Shown: positions 10,313-20,647 of the stretch, piece by piece
How the letters are laid out: every line of letters begins with the position of its first letter
Position numbering within the stretch: the first letter of the stretch is position 1
Assembly: GCA_963711835.1 (NCBI GenBank)
Contig: CAVQFQ010000006.1
Span: forward strand, 1 to 64,000
Reading direction: 5' to 3'
Source of the DNA: an uncultured delta proteobacterium
GTDB lineage: Bacteria > Desulfobacterota > RBG-13-43-22
DNA length: 64,000 nt
Made by a program: the position numbers and the translations under genes
The notes under the pieces: generated by a model
What the model saw: the letters and a program-made list of their open reading frames with translations, nothing else
Told to the model about the DNA's origin: nothing
Database searches by the model: none

Positions 10313-10384
10313 TTTTTTCCCCTCCTTATAAGTATACCCCGTGGGGTCAAAGCTTTTCCAAAGCTATACAATGTTTTTAAAAGT

Positions 10385-10534
10385 CTATTTCGAGGACGCA
10401 TTTAAGACCCGGTCAATCAACTTCTCTACCAGACCGAGGTATTTCGAAGGGTCTAATGCAGCCTTAATTTCTTGGGGTGACAAATACTTACGGACCTGGT
10501 CATCCTCGGACAAAACCTTTTCGAAGGGTAAACG
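10385..10534 (-). pseudogene. C-terminal fragment of an adenylosuccinate lyase/fumarase-superfamily lyase
   Basis: Manual translation RLPFEKVLSEDDQVRKYLSPQEIKAALDPSKYLGLVEKLIDRVL* resembles the ASL C-terminal domain; upstream part missing. Confidence 0.65.
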
Positions 10535-10592
10535 ACAAATATGCCTCCTTCGAAATTTTTATCGCTAACTACAAATTATTTTTTATTCTGAC

Positions 10593-10865
10593 CTAAATTA
10601 GACAGCTAGTCCCCCGACAAGGTCGGTGGTGGTTTACTTGATTTGAATAATTAATTGAATTTACCTTTGTTGGAATTAGATTGGAATTAGAATAGGTTCC
10701 GAGATCAACCAAGTCAATATAATATTTCCGGCCTCCTGTTTCCCGAATAAAGGGGATAGCCCCTTTCCAAATAAGGTCCCCCATTCCCCACTCACTTCGC
10801 CCAAGATATTCGGCTGCTTCTTTCAAGGGATATAACCGCTTTTTGAGGGGATTCTTTCTCTCCAT
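10593..10865 (-). CDS. Excisionase-like HTH DNA-binding protein
   Basis: LYPLKEAAEYLGRS...LIWKGAIPF; lies near an integrase. Confidence 0.65.
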   Translation of the reverse strand: MERKNPLKKRLYPLKEAAEYLGRSEWGMGDLIWKGAIPFIRETGGRKYYIDLVDLGTYSNSNLIPTKVNSINYSNQVNHHRPCRGTSCLI

Positions 10866-10876
10866 CCGCCCCCTTT

Positions 10877-12192
10877 TTACCAGACCATTTCCTTCAAGAC
10901 TTCAACCAGGCGAACCATCCCAAGAGTATCGAGTTTGCAGTACTCGAAAAGGGCCTGGCGGGTCTTGGCGATTTCTTCTTGGCTGGCCATCCCTTCCATC
11001 TCCAAATAGGAATACCCCGCCGTCCCGCCGTCGCTTATCTCAAGGCCCTCATAGGAAAGATAGGGAATCAAGGCAGGCAAGACGGCTTTGATGGAAGCCG
11101 AACCAGCCATCTCCCAGTGATAGACGTCGCGGGCCTTAAACGGGACCATCAGGTCAACGAGGTTGGTCCGGATGGATTCGATTGCTTGGGTCTTGTCGGA
11201 AAACCAGTCGCTGAGAACAGCCAACCGTCCGGCTTCGAAGGCCTTGTTATAACCCACAACACAGGCTCCACCCGGAACGGCGGCCAGGAGGTTTTCGGGG
11301 AGGTCCTTCCGGGGGTCCTTCCCGGGAATTCCCAAATAGCAATAGTGCCTCAGCTCCCCCCCTCTTTTCCCTCGACATGGAGCGAGAACTGGAAGGGGAC
11401 AGGCTGGTATGGCCGGGTTCCATCAAAGAGGGGAACCGGGACAAAGAGGGTCTCAAAGTCGAGGAAGGCGAGGGGATACCAGAGCGAGGCCAGGAAGTGG
11501 TTTAGCTTCTCACGGTCGATCCAGAGGTCTTTCTTAAGGAAGCGTTCGAGCTGGAACTGCTGGGAAGGCGAGAGGCGGTCAAACGGGACATCTTCCAACT
11601 TCAAGATCCCCTGGTTGTAAAAGTCGAAAGGATTGGCTCCTCGCCCGCCCAATTCAAAAACCGAATAGGCCGGTAAATGGTCCCAGCAATGGCCGACAAA
11701 GTCACACTCATAGGGGTCGTGACACTGGGGGCCGATGGCGGTTTCCGGGAGGCCTCGCTTCAGCATTTCCCGGAGGTCTTGAATCTTGTCCTGGATATAG
11801 GGCTGCTTGTCGGTCACAACCCCCGTCAGGTCCTTGACGGCAAATAGCTTTTCCGGTTCGAGCTCCCTCTGGCGGACATATTGGTTGTTGATATGGACCA
11901 AGAAGGCCCGGTCGACCGGATAGCCTAAGCCCTTTAGGACGTAGAACTGAATGGCTATATCGTCCTGGTAATAAGCTTTTTCGCCGGTCGAATTCTTGAC
12001 TTCATAAATCCCCCAGCCGTCCTTGCCACAGGTTAGGATATCCGGTCTGGCAAAAACCCCGTTATGGCTAAAGGCTGGCTCATATAGGACTGGAGTCCCG
12101 GCTTTCAAAAAGTCTTGGGTCTGGCGGAGCTGATCCCCGAGGGAAAGGGTTTCGTAAGCGATGCCTAACCCCTCAGGGAAAAGCCGGGTGGT
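10877..12192 (-). pseudogene. DUF2779-type protein (PD-(D/E)XK nuclease-like plus RNase H-like domain), 5'-truncated and frameshifted
   Basis: RPDIL..EVKNST, DIAIQ, LDFET, PYQPVPFQFSLH, SIKAVLPAL, YCKLDT; frameshift in a G7 run near 11356. Confidence 0.75.
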
Positions 12193-12962
12193 TTGACTCC
12201 GGGGAAGGTCTTATCCCATCTCCGAGACCAGGCGAAGGGGCGGTCCGGCAATGCGGCCAATAAGGATCGGAAAAACCTTGTGGCTGCCTGGAACTGGGGA
12301 AGGAAATACCTGGAAGGATTCCCCAATGTCAATCCCTGTCTCGTCGACAGGTTCCCTGAGATTAGGAAACCGAGGTATGTTCCCCCTGAAAAGGATTTCT
12401 GGAAGGTCTATGAAACCGCCAAAGGCCAGGACCAGGTAATGCTCTTGGCCTACCTTCACCTCGGAGCTCGGCGGGGGAACTCTTCCGGTTGACCTGGGAA
12501 GACATCGACTTTGGTCAGGCGAGGGTAAGGTTATGGACGAGGAAACGCCAGGAGGGGACTTATGAGTATGATTGGCTCCCGATGACCGACGATCTTTTTA
12601 ACACCCTCGTCGCCCATCGCCAGGGGAACAAATCCGAATGGGTCTTCGTTAATCCCGAGACCGGAGGCCCATATCAGTATCGGATCCACTGGATGAAGCG
12701 ACTCGCCAACCGGGCCAAGGTCAGGGAGTTTGGGATTCATGCTATCCGCCATTTGACGGCCAGCATATTAGCCCAATCCAACGTCCCGATGGTTCAAATC
12801 CAGGCTATCCTTAGGCATAAAAGCCTTTCGACGACAGAGAGATATATTAAAAGGTTGGATAGCTTGAAGTCGGCTCTCCAGCTCCTTTCGCGGAGGAAAA
12901 AGCCGTCAGTCGAGCCGTCAAGGGGAGGTTTTGAACGAGTGGCTTCGGAGGCAGTTGGTTAA
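12193..12962 (+). mobile_element. Tyrosine recombinase/integrase, 5'-truncated and frameshifted, next to the tRNA-Glu 3' end
   Basis: LGARRG(E), HAIRH, ILRHKSLSTTERY catalytic motifs; frameshift near 12478. Confidence 0.85.
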
Positions 12963-12987
12963 CTTGTTTGATTTATTAATTTAATTT

Positions 12988-13062
12988 TGGTGGTCCCAAC
13001 GGGGATCGAACCCGTGTTACCGGCGTGAGAGGCCGATGTCCTAACCGCTAGACGATGGGACC
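12988..13062 (-). tRNA. tRNA-Glu(CTC)
   Basis: GGTCCCATCGTCTAGCGGTTAGGAC...CT-CTC-AC...GGTTCGATCCC...CCA cloverleaf. Confidence 0.95.
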
Positions 13063-13189
13063 TTTAATACGAAAACAGATGCTGGATAAAGACAAAAAGC
13101 GATACTGGATAAAAACAAAAATTTAACTCTCAGACCCGGTTAACTGCTTCAAGGGTTTCTGCCCCGGGTCTGGGGGTTTGGCTAAAGAC

Positions 13190-13263
13190 TGGCTGGGGGA
13201 CAGGGATTCGAACCCCGAAAGGCAGATCCAGAGTCTGCTGTCTTACCGTTAGACGATCCCCCA
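13190..13263 (-). tRNA. tRNA-Gln(CTG)
   Basis: TGGGGGATCGTCTAACGGTAAGAC...CT-CTG-GA...GGTTCGAATCC...CCA. Confidence 0.95.
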
Positions 13264-13310
13264 ACGAAAAATAAGATACGAAAAGAGGCTTAAAAAATCA
13301 AGCTCTTTCG

Positions 13311-14717
13311 TCAGCTTTGCTCGTTCTTGATAATAGACAGGGCCTCGTTGAGCCTGCCGATAGTCCTTTCCTTCCCCAGTGCTTCCATAACCTCGAAAAG
13401 GCCCGGTGATGCGGTTTTCCCGGTCAGGGCTGCCCGGACAGGCTGGGCGATCTGCTTCATCTTATAGCCCCCCTGTTCCAATAAGGCCTTAAATGTTTCC
13501 TCCAGGGCGGGAATATCCCAAATCGATAGTCCGGATAATAGAGCAATTGTCTGTTCAAAGACCGGGATCATCTCTTCTCTGAAAAATTTGGCGACCAGCT
13601 CTGTCGGATACGAGACTTCGTTGACCAGATAGAACTCGGCGGCCTCGGCCATTTCAACCAGGGTCTTGCACCTGGGTTTTAAGGTGGCTGCGATTTTGGC
13701 CAGATAGGCCTGATCAGGGATTTCAAATCCCCTGGCCCGGATAAAAGGGATCACCAATTCGGCTAATTCCGTATCAGGGGATTCTTTGATGTAGTGGCTG
13801 TTCAACCAGAGGAGTTTTTCCTGATTAAAAACGCCGGCCGACTTGCCGATCTGACTTAGGGCAAATTTCCCGATCATTTCTTCCCGGGAAAAAATTTCCT
13901 CATCGCCATGGGACCAGCCCAGGCGGACCAGGTAGTTGAGCAGGGCCTGGGGAAGGTAACCCATCTCCCGGTATTCGAGGAGAGAGGCGGCGCCGTGGCG
14001 CTTGCTCAATTTGGTGCGATCCGGGCCCAGGATCATAGGGACATGGGCATAGACAGGCAGTGCCGCTTCCAGGGCTTGATAGATCTGGATCTGGCGGGGA
14101 GTATTATTGATATGATCATCTCCCCGGATGATATGGGTTATTTCCATGGTGATGTCGTCAATGACCACTGCCAAATGGTAGGTGGGGGAGCCGTCGCCGC
14201 GGGCCAGAATCAGGTCATCCAATTCATCATTGGGGTAAAGGATAGGACCATGGATTAGGTCATCAAATCGGGTGGTTCCGGTGCGGGGTGTTTTCAGGCG
14301 CACCACGGCCTGGGGGCCCGGTCCCAGATTCTTGTCCCGGCAGGTGGCGTCATATTTGGGTTTACGGCCTTCGGCCCGAGCGGTTTCCCTTTTCTTTTCC
14401 AGGAGTTCCACTGGGCAGTGGCAATAGTAGGCCTTTCCCTTAACCAGCAGCTCCGAGATAAATTGCTTATAAATCTCAATGCGTTGAGATTGGAAGAAAG
14501 GCCCTTCGTCCCAATTCAGGCCCAGCCAGGTGAGTCCTTCGAGAATGGCCTCGGTAGCCTCCCGGGTGGAACGGGCCTGGTCCGTATCTTCGATCCTTAA
14601 GATAAAGGTGCCGCCCTGCTGGCGGGCAAAAAGCCAATTAAATAAAGCCGTTCTGGCACCACCAATATGAAGGTAACCGGTGGGGCTGGGTGGGAAACGG
14701 GTGCGAATAGTTACCAT
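13311..14717 (-). CDS. gltX: Glutamate--tRNA ligase
   Basis: RFPPSPTGYLHIGG, LRIEDTD, KLSKRHG. Confidence 0.97.
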   Translation of the reverse strand: MVTIRTRFPPSPTGYLHIGGARTALFNWLFARQQGGTFILRIEDTDQARSTREATEAILEGLTWLGLNWDEGPFFQSQRIEIYKQFISELLVKGKAYYCHCPVELLEKKRETARAEGRKPKYDATCRDKNLGPGPQAVVRLKTPRTGTTRFDDLIHGPILYPNDELDDLILARGDGSPTYHLAVVIDDITMEITHIIRGDDHINNTPRQIQIYQALEAALPVYAHVPMILGPDRTKLSKRHGAASLLEYREMGYLPQALLNYLVRLGWSHGDEEIFSREEMIGKFALSQIGKSAGVFNQEKLLWLNSHYIKESPDTELAELVIPFIRARGFEIPDQAYLAKIAATLKPRCKTLVEMAEAAEFYLVNEVSYPTELVAKFFREEMIPVFEQTIALLSGLSIWDIPALEETFKALLEQGGYKMKQIAQPVRAALTGKTASPGLFEVMEALGKERTIGRLNEALSIIKNEQS

Positions 14718-14871
14718 GTCCGGATTTCTATTATGAATTGTAATTTTCTTCAAAAGCATTTAGCATAGTCTTCCTTTAAAGACAACCCCCATGTGCCTTT
14801 ACTTGACCAAGAAAGACGACCATTCGGATCCGGCCCCCTATTTCCCCGAAAAAAAGGCAAAGTTAATTTAC

Positions 14872-14899
14872 TTGACAAATCAATAGGGTTTACTATAAT
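14872..14899 (+). promoter_or_regulatory. Sigma70 promoter for the yceD-rpmF-plsX operon
   Basis: TTGACA-N16-TATAAT, 47 nt upstream of the yceD ORF. Confidence 0.7.
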
Positions 14900-14946
14900 T
14901 AAACGTTTAATTTCCATGGTCAATAACCAGCGGTTTAATCAGACCC

Positions 14947-15495
14947 ATGAAACCTATCCGGGTTGAAGCCATAACCTCTAAGGGCCTTAAAATAGATAGT
15001 ATTTTGGACCTGGAATGGCTGAAGGAGGTTTTAGCGGAAAGACCCCTGGGGTTTTCTCTCCAGGGACCATTAAGCGTCAGCGGAGAAGTACGAAAGACCG
15101 GGCAGGCCATTCTTTTTCAGGGAAAGGTTTCCGGGCTGATCGGGCTTACCTGCGGGCGTTGTCTTGAAACCTTTATCAACCCGGTTGATGAATCGGTGAC
15201 CGCCGAGTGGCGTCTGCTATCGCCGCCTTCGGGAAAATCCGGCCCGGAGGGAGCGGGGCAGCAACTGGAAGACCTGGAGACCGGTGCCATACAGGAAGGG
15301 GATCTGGATATTTCGGAAAGGATTTTGGAGGAAATCATCCTGAGTCTGCCGATGCAGCCTTTATGCCGGGCTGCCTGCCAGGGTCTCTGTTCTATCTGCG
15401 GGACCAACAGGAATATTTCCCCCTGTACCTGCAGGACCGACGGCCCATCCCAACCTTTTTCGGCTTTAAAGGAGTTTAAAGTTAAAAAAAGCTAA
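14947..15495 (+). CDS. yceD: YceD/DUF177 family protein
   Basis: CGRCL, LPMQPLCRAACQGLCSICG; upstream of rpmF. Confidence 0.9.
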   Translation: MKPIRVEAITSKGLKIDSILDLEWLKEVLAERPLGFSLQGPLSVSGEVRKTGQAILFQGKVSGLIGLTCGRCLETFINPVDESVTAEWRLLSPPSGKSGPEGAGQQLEDLETGAIQEGDLDISERILEEIILSLPMQPLCRAACQGLCSICGTNRNISPCTCRTDGPSQPFSALKEFKVKKS

Positions 15496-15519
15496 CACGT
15501 TAGCTATTTATAAAATGCC

Positions 15520-15646
15520 TTTTGCCACAGACCCACACAGACGACTACAGACTTTTTCCCAGGCGGACATTCGCCTGGAAAAACCTGCTCGCCCGAAAGG
15601 ACTGGCAGGCAAATTTTTGCTTTTGTCTGCCTTGTCTGTGGTAAAA
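15520..15646. repeat. MITE-like nested inverted-repeat element
   Basis: Outer arms TTTTGCCACAGAC / GTCTGTGGTAAAA (12/13 match); inner hairpin TTTTTCCCAGGCG...CGCCTGGAAAAA. Confidence 0.5.
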
Positions 15647-15751
15647 ATAAAAGTATTTTTTTTAAGATCCAAACTGATACAAAACGAAGGGCCGGAATCG
15701 GTTTCAGCCCTTCAATTTTTACTTAAGCAGCCAATTTAATTCGGAGGAACC

Positions 15752-15934
15752 ATGCCCTTACCTAAACGAAGACACTCAAAAGCCCGGAAAGGAAAACGCC
15801 GGTCCCATGATGCCCTGACCGCTCCTTCGCTGACCCGTTGCCCTCAGTGCCATGAACCCAAACTGCCCCACTTTGCCTGTCCTTCCTGTGGGACCTATAG
15901 AGGACGCAAGGTTGCCGTGCTTGAGGAAGCATAG
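15752..15934 (+). CDS. rpmF: 50S ribosomal protein L32
   Basis: MPLPKRRHSKAR...CPQC...CPSCGTY. Confidence 0.97.
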   Translation: MPLPKRRHSKARKGKRRSHDALTAPSLTRCPQCHEPKLPHFACPSCGTYRGRKVAVLEEA

Positions 15935-15975
15935 GCCGGTTATTTGTCTTTCCGAAAAGCCTAGACCATAACCAA

Positions 15976-17049
15976 TTGGAAACCTTGGAACCCATAAAAA
16001 TTGCCGTTGATGCCATGGGGGGCGATGAGGCTCCTTCAGTTGCGGTCCAAGGGGCCGTCATGGCCGCCAAGGAATTGGCCCTTCCCTTGATTCTGGTGGG
16101 AAACCAGGATCTTATTCGCAGAGAACTGGCCGGGTTGACCTATAATCCCGATTTGATCAGCATCCACCATTGTACCCAGGCGGCCGGCATGGGTGAATCC
16201 CCGATTGAGGTGCTTCGAAAAAAAAAGGACGCCTCCATCCGGGTCGCTATCGATTTGGTCAAGAGTGGGGCGGTCCAGGGGGTAGTCAGTGCCGGGAATT
16301 CCGGGGCTACCATGGCCATCGCTGTCGTTGTTCTGGGGAAACTCCCCGGAGTGGAAAGACCGGCCTTAGGAGCCATCCTGCCCTCCAACCATCCCCCCAC
16401 TCTTTTGATCGACGTGGGTGCCAATGTGGATTGTACCGCCTATCAACTGGTCCAGTTTGCCATTATGGCCGAGACCATGGCCCGGTATATCATGAAAAGG
16501 CCGAATCCCCGGGTCGGTCTTTTGAGTATCGGCGAGGAGGAATTGAAAGGGAACGATTTGGTCCGGCTGACGGCCGAAGGATTGCGCAAGATTCCTTTCA
16601 ATTTCATCGGGAATGTGGAGGGCCGGGACCTCTTTAGCGGCAAGGTCGATGTCATTGTCTGCGATGGTTTTGTGGGCAACATCTGTTTAAAACTGAGCGA
16701 GGGCCTGGCTGATGCCATCGGGGCCATGTTGAAAGAGGAATTAAGTCTTGGTTTCGGTTCCAGGATTGGCTACCTGCTGATGAAGCCGGCTTTCAGGAAT
16801 TTTCAGAAGAAGGTCGATTATGCCGAATACGGCGGTATTCCTCTCCTGGGGGTGAATGGCGTAGTGGTCATCGGGCACGGGTCATCGGGGCCCCTGGCCG
16901 TTATGAACGCCATCCGAGTGGCTAAGGAAGCAATCCGGAGCAGGATTAATGACCATGTCCTGGAAGGGTTGCAGCATTATGAGGCCCATTACAGCAAGAT
17001 GAAAGCCCGCCGTTTCTGGGATACCTTTATGAGGAAAAAAAGTCTTTAA
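15976..17049 (+). CDS. plsX: Phosphate acyltransferase
   Basis: IAVDAMGGD, SAGNSGA, DGFVGN. Confidence 0.97.
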   Translation: METLEPIKIAVDAMGGDEAPSVAVQGAVMAAKELALPLILVGNQDLIRRELAGLTYNPDLISIHHCTQAAGMGESPIEVLRKKKDASIRVAIDLVKSGAVQGVVSAGNSGATMAIAVVVLGKLPGVERPALGAILPSNHPPTLLIDVGANVDCTAYQLVQFAIMAETMARYIMKRPNPRVGLLSIGEEELKGNDLVRLTAEGLRKIPFNFIGNVEGRDLFSGKVDVIVCDGFVGNICLKLSEGLADAIGAMLKEELSLGFGSRIGYLLMKPAFRNFQKKVDYAEYGGIPLLGVNGVVVIGHGSSGPLAVMNAIRVAKEAIRSRINDHVLEGLQHYEAHYSKMKARRFWDTFMRKKSL

Positions 17050-17152
17050 AAGGGCCGAGGGATCGAGGAGCCCGGGATTCAAGAAAAAACAAAAGCCTAA
17101 AAAGGTTTCGCACCAAGTGAACGCATTTGGTCTTAATTAGGAGAGAGGGGCT

Positions 17153-18313
17153 ATGGACTACTTCCTTACTGAAGAGCAACAGATGATCAAGGAGGTGGCG
17201 AGAAAAATCGCCGAAGAGCGGATTAAGCCGCTTAGAGCCGAATTGGATGAAAAAGAGGAGTTTCCCAGGGAATTATTAAAGGTCATTGCCCAGTCCGATC
17301 TTTTCGGAGTTTTTATCCCCCAGGAATACGGGGGGTTTGGCGGGGGGAGTTTCGAAAATTGCCTGGCGGTGGAAGAGTTGAGCCGGGGCTGTTTGGGGGT
17401 TTCGACCAGTTTTGCCGCCAGCGGGTTGGGATCCTACCCGATCCTTTTATACGGGTCGGAGGAGCAGAAGAAGAAATATCTTCCCGAAGTTGCCACCGGG
17501 CGGAAACTGGCGGCCTTCGCCCTGACCGAATCAACCGCCGGCAGTGATGCCGGAGGTATTCTGACCAGCGCCGAACTGAAAGGAAATGAATACGTCCTGA
17601 ACGGGACGAAGCAATGGATTACCAATGCCGGAGAGGCCGACCTCTATTCGGTCATTGCCATCACCGATCGGAGCAAGGGACCTCGCGGGGCCAGCGCCTT
17701 TATCGTGGAAAAAGGAGATCCGGGGTTCGGTTTCGGAAAAAAGGAAAGTAAAATGGGGATCCGGGCCTCGGCCACCGGGGAGCTTATTTTTAATCAGTGC
17801 CGTATTCCCAAAGACCGGCTGCTCGGCCGCGAGGGGATGGGGTTTATCGCCGCCATGAAGACCTTTGATTTATCCCGTCCCGGCGTGGGGGCCCAGGGGG
17901 TAGGACTGGCCCAGGCGGCCTTGGAGGAAGCGATCCAGTTTGCCAGGACCCGGGTCCAGTTCGGGAAACCCATCATGACCTTCCAGGCCATCCAGCATAT
18001 GCTGGCCGATATGGCAACCTTGATCGAAGCGGCCCGGGCCCTGGTTTATTCGGCGGCCCGTTTCATTGACAGCGGGGCCAAGGACGTCTCCAAAATATCG
18101 GCCATGGCCAAAGTCTTTGCCAGCGATGCGGCCATGAAGGTGACCACGGATGCGGTTCAGGTCTTTGGAGGTACGGGCTACATGCGGGACTACCCGGTGG
18201 AAAAGATGATGCGGGATGCCAAGATACTGCAGATCTACGAAGGGACCAATCAGGTCCAGCGAAATATCATCGGTCAGGAATTGAATAAAGAAGGGGGACG
18301 AAAAAAGAGATAA
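17153..18313 (+). CDS. Acyl-CoA dehydrogenase (butyryl-CoA dehydrogenase/CarC-like)
   Basis: FALTESTAGSD, NGTKQWITN, KMGIRAS, RDAKILQIYEGTNQ. Confidence 0.93.
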   Translation: MDYFLTEEQQMIKEVARKIAEERIKPLRAELDEKEEFPRELLKVIAQSDLFGVFIPQEYGGFGGGSFENCLAVEELSRGCLGVSTSFAASGLGSYPILLYGSEEQKKKYLPEVATGRKLAAFALTESTAGSDAGGILTSAELKGNEYVLNGTKQWITNAGEADLYSVIAITDRSKGPRGASAFIVEKGDPGFGFGKKESKMGIRASATGELIFNQCRIPKDRLLGREGMGFIAAMKTFDLSRPGVGAQGVGLAQAALEEAIQFARTRVQFGKPIMTFQAIQHMLADMATLIEAARALVYSAARFIDSGAKDVSKISAMAKVFASDAAMKVTTDAVQVFGGTGYMRDYPVEKMMRDAKILQIYEGTNQVQRNIIGQELNKEGGRKKR

Positions 18314-18453
18314 AACCCTTCCGTTCGGCGAATCTTTCCAATCAGAGTCAATACCTGTTTATTTTCATTGCGGAAACACGAAGGACGCCAAGAAGAAAAA
18401 GTTTAAGTTGAATCGCCGAACGCCGTAACGCCGAACAGTATTGCCGAGTCAAA

Positions 18454-19248
18454 ATGCACATCATCGTCTGTATCAAACAAGTTCCCGATACCAAGCATAT
18501 CAGACTGGATGAAAAGAATCATACGCTTATCCGGGAAGGGGTGGAAAGCATTATCAACCCCTTTGATATGTACGCCCTGGAAGAAGCCTTGCGGATTCGA
18601 GATCAACGGGGAGGAAAAGTAACGGTTCTGTCCATGGGCCCTCCCCAGACCGAATCCTCCTTAAGAGAGGCCATTTCCTACGGAGCCGATGAAGCGGTAT
18701 TGCTTTCGGATCGTGCTTTCGCCGGGGCCGACACCTGGGCGACGTCCTATACCCTGGCCAAAGGGGTGGAAAAGATAGCCCCCTTTGATCTGATTCTCTG
18801 CGGGAAACAGGCGGTGGACGGCGATACCGCCCAGGTGGGACCGGGATTGGCGGAACGATTGGCCATCCCCTATATAACCTGGGTTCGCAAAATCGAGGCC
18901 ATTGAGGATGGGATGATCCGGGCCCAACGGCTGATGGATGACGGGTATGACCGATTGGAAAGCCCCTTGCCGGCCCTATTGACCGTAGTCAAGGAGATCA
19001 ATGAACCCCGGGTCCCTTCCCTAAAAGGGAAGATGAGGGCCAAGACCCAGAAAATCCCCTTTTACGGCCTGGTGGACATTGCCGCCGATCCGGAACAGGT
19101 GGGCTTGAAGGGCTCGGCTACCCAGGTGATCAAAGTTTTCCCTCCACCCCGCTTGAAAGAGAGGGTCTGGATTCAGGGGAGCGCGGAGGAACAGGTTTCC
19201 CAGATTTTGGACAACCTCAAGATCCTTAAACTGCTTCCAGGGGCATAG
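18454..19248 (+). CDS. etfB: Electron transfer flavoprotein beta subunit
   Basis: CIKQVPD, REGVESIINPFD, DRAFAGADT, DGDTAQVGP. Confidence 0.95.
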   Translation: MHIIVCIKQVPDTKHIRLDEKNHTLIREGVESIINPFDMYALEEALRIRDQRGGKVTVLSMGPPQTESSLREAISYGADEAVLLSDRAFAGADTWATSYTLAKGVEKIAPFDLILCGKQAVDGDTAQVGPGLAERLAIPYITWVRKIEAIEDGMIRAQRLMDDGYDRLESPLPALLTVVKEINEPRVPSLKGKMRAKTQKIPFYGLVDIAADPEQVGLKGSATQVIKVFPPPRLKERVWIQGSAEEQVSQILDNLKILKLLPGA

Positions 19249-19268
19249 CCATTCTTAGTTGATACGAT

Positions 19269-20468
19269 GTGAGTATGGAAACCCTGATTGACTTGGAAAA
19301 ATGTACCGGCTGTGAGGCCTGCCTTTCGGCCTGCCCTTTCGGGGCCTTGGAGATACGGGACGAAAAGGCCTTTGTCACTGACCAGTGCAGCCTCTGCGGC
19401 GCCTGCCAGGAAATTTGTCCTGAGGGAGCCATTACCGTTCCTTCGATTAAAGAAGGTTCAATGGCTGATGAATACCGGGGGATCCTGGTGTTTGCCGAGC
19501 AACGATTGGGCCGGATGGCCGAGGTGGCCTTTGAGTTGCTGCACAAGGGCCGGGAGTTGGCCGATACCTTAAAGGTCCCTTTATCGGCGGCCTTGCTTGG
19601 AAAAGACGTGTTCTCGGCAGCCGGCACCCTGATTGAATACGGGGCAGATCTGGTTTATACGGCAGATCACCCTTCTTTGGAAGGCTTTACCGATGACCTC
19701 TACGGCCAGGTGCTGACCGGCATGATCCGAGCCTACCGGCCTGAAATCGTTCTGGCCGGGGCCACCTCCATCGGCAGGTCCTTTATCCCCAGAGTGGCCA
19801 CCCAGATCGGGACCGGGTTGACGGCCGATTGTACCGAACTATCCATAGACCTGGAAAAACGTCTTTTACTGCAGACCCGTCCGGCCTTTGGAGGGAATAT
19901 CATGGCCACCATTATCTGCCCTCAGAAGAGGCCCCAGATGGCCACGGTCAGACCCAAGGTCATTAAAAAGGGTCTTCCCCAACCCGGCCGCTTGGGCCAG
20001 GTTGTCCCCTTTCCCCTGGAGGGAATAAGTCTGGCCGGAAAAACAAAACTCCTTGAAATCATTGAGGAGGTCGGCGAGAAGGTGCGCCTGGCCGAGGCGG
20101 ATGTTATCGTGGCCGGGGGGCGGGGACTGCAGGACGAAAAGAATTTTTCCTTGGTCAGGGAGTTGGCCGGCCTGCTCAATGCCGCCGTGGGTGCCTCCCG
20201 AGGGGTTGTGGATGCCGGATGGATTTCCTATGCCCACCAGGTGGGGCAAACGGGTAAAACCGTGGCTCCGAAACTTTATATCGCCATCGGCTTATCCGGA
20301 GCCGTCCAGCATCTGGTGGGTATGCAATCTTCGGATACCATTGTAGCCATCAATAATGACCCCCATGCCCCTATCTTTGATGTCGCCACTTATGGTATGG
20401 TGGGAGACCTTTTTAAGATCGTACCGGAAATGATACGGCAACTCAAAGGGCGGATGGGAAGCACCTAA
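19269..20468 (+). CDS. etfA: Electron transfer flavoprotein alpha subunit with N-terminal 2x[4Fe-4S] ferredoxin domain
   Basis: [12 protein letters not shown] and [12 protein letters not shown], then [26 protein letters not shown]. Confidence 0.95.
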   Translation: MSMETLIDLEKCTGCEACLSACPFGALEIRDEKAFVTDQCSLCGACQEICPEGAITVPSIKEGSMADEYRGILVFAEQRLGRMAEVAFELLHKGRELADTLKVPLSAALLGKDVFSAAGTLIEYGADLVYTADHPSLEGFTDDLYGQVLTGMIRAYRPEIVLAGATSIGRSFIPRVATQIGTGLTADCTELSIDLEKRLLLQTRPAFGGNIMATIICPQKRPQMATVRPKVIKKGLPQPGRLGQVVPFPLEGISLAGKTKLLEIIEEVGEKVRLAEADVIVAGGRGLQDEKNFSLVRELAGLLNAAVGASRGVVDAGWISYAHQVGQTGKTVAPKLYIAIGLSGAVQHLVGMQSSDTIVAINNDPHAPIFDVATYGMVGDLFKIVPEMIRQLKGRMGST

Positions 20469-20502
20469 TGTTCTGAATGGGGGTTCAAGGTGTCGGAATG
20501 CC

Positions 20503-20622
20503 GATACCGGATACTTGATACTGGATAAAGACCAAAACCGATATCGGGAATTCGATAATACCCGTTTGATTACAGCAAAGAACAACAACAGTTCGAATAA
20601 CCAGCATCCAGTATCCAGTATC
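20503..20622. repeat. Inverted heptamer-type tandem repeats (GATACTG / CAGTATC)
   Basis: GATACCGGATACTTGATACTGGATAAAG...CCAGCATCCAGTATCCAGTATC; related GATACTGGATAAA copies at ~13078-13115. Confidence 0.55.
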
Positions 20623-20647
20623 AATGGAATATAAAGAGGATACCAAG

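Noticed and set aside
10333-10348. CsoR/RcnR-like operator ATACCCCGTGGGGT upstream of the LIV binding protein
   Set aside because: Short palindrome, no cognate regulator or metal-resistance gene nearby.
11340-12490. Programmed frameshifts or true pseudogenisation in the DUF2779 gene and integrase (also at ~54480)
   Set aside because: Each break is repaired by adding one base to a homopolymer run (G7, G5, AAAGGG), the typical long-read indel error. It cannot be called biological without reads.
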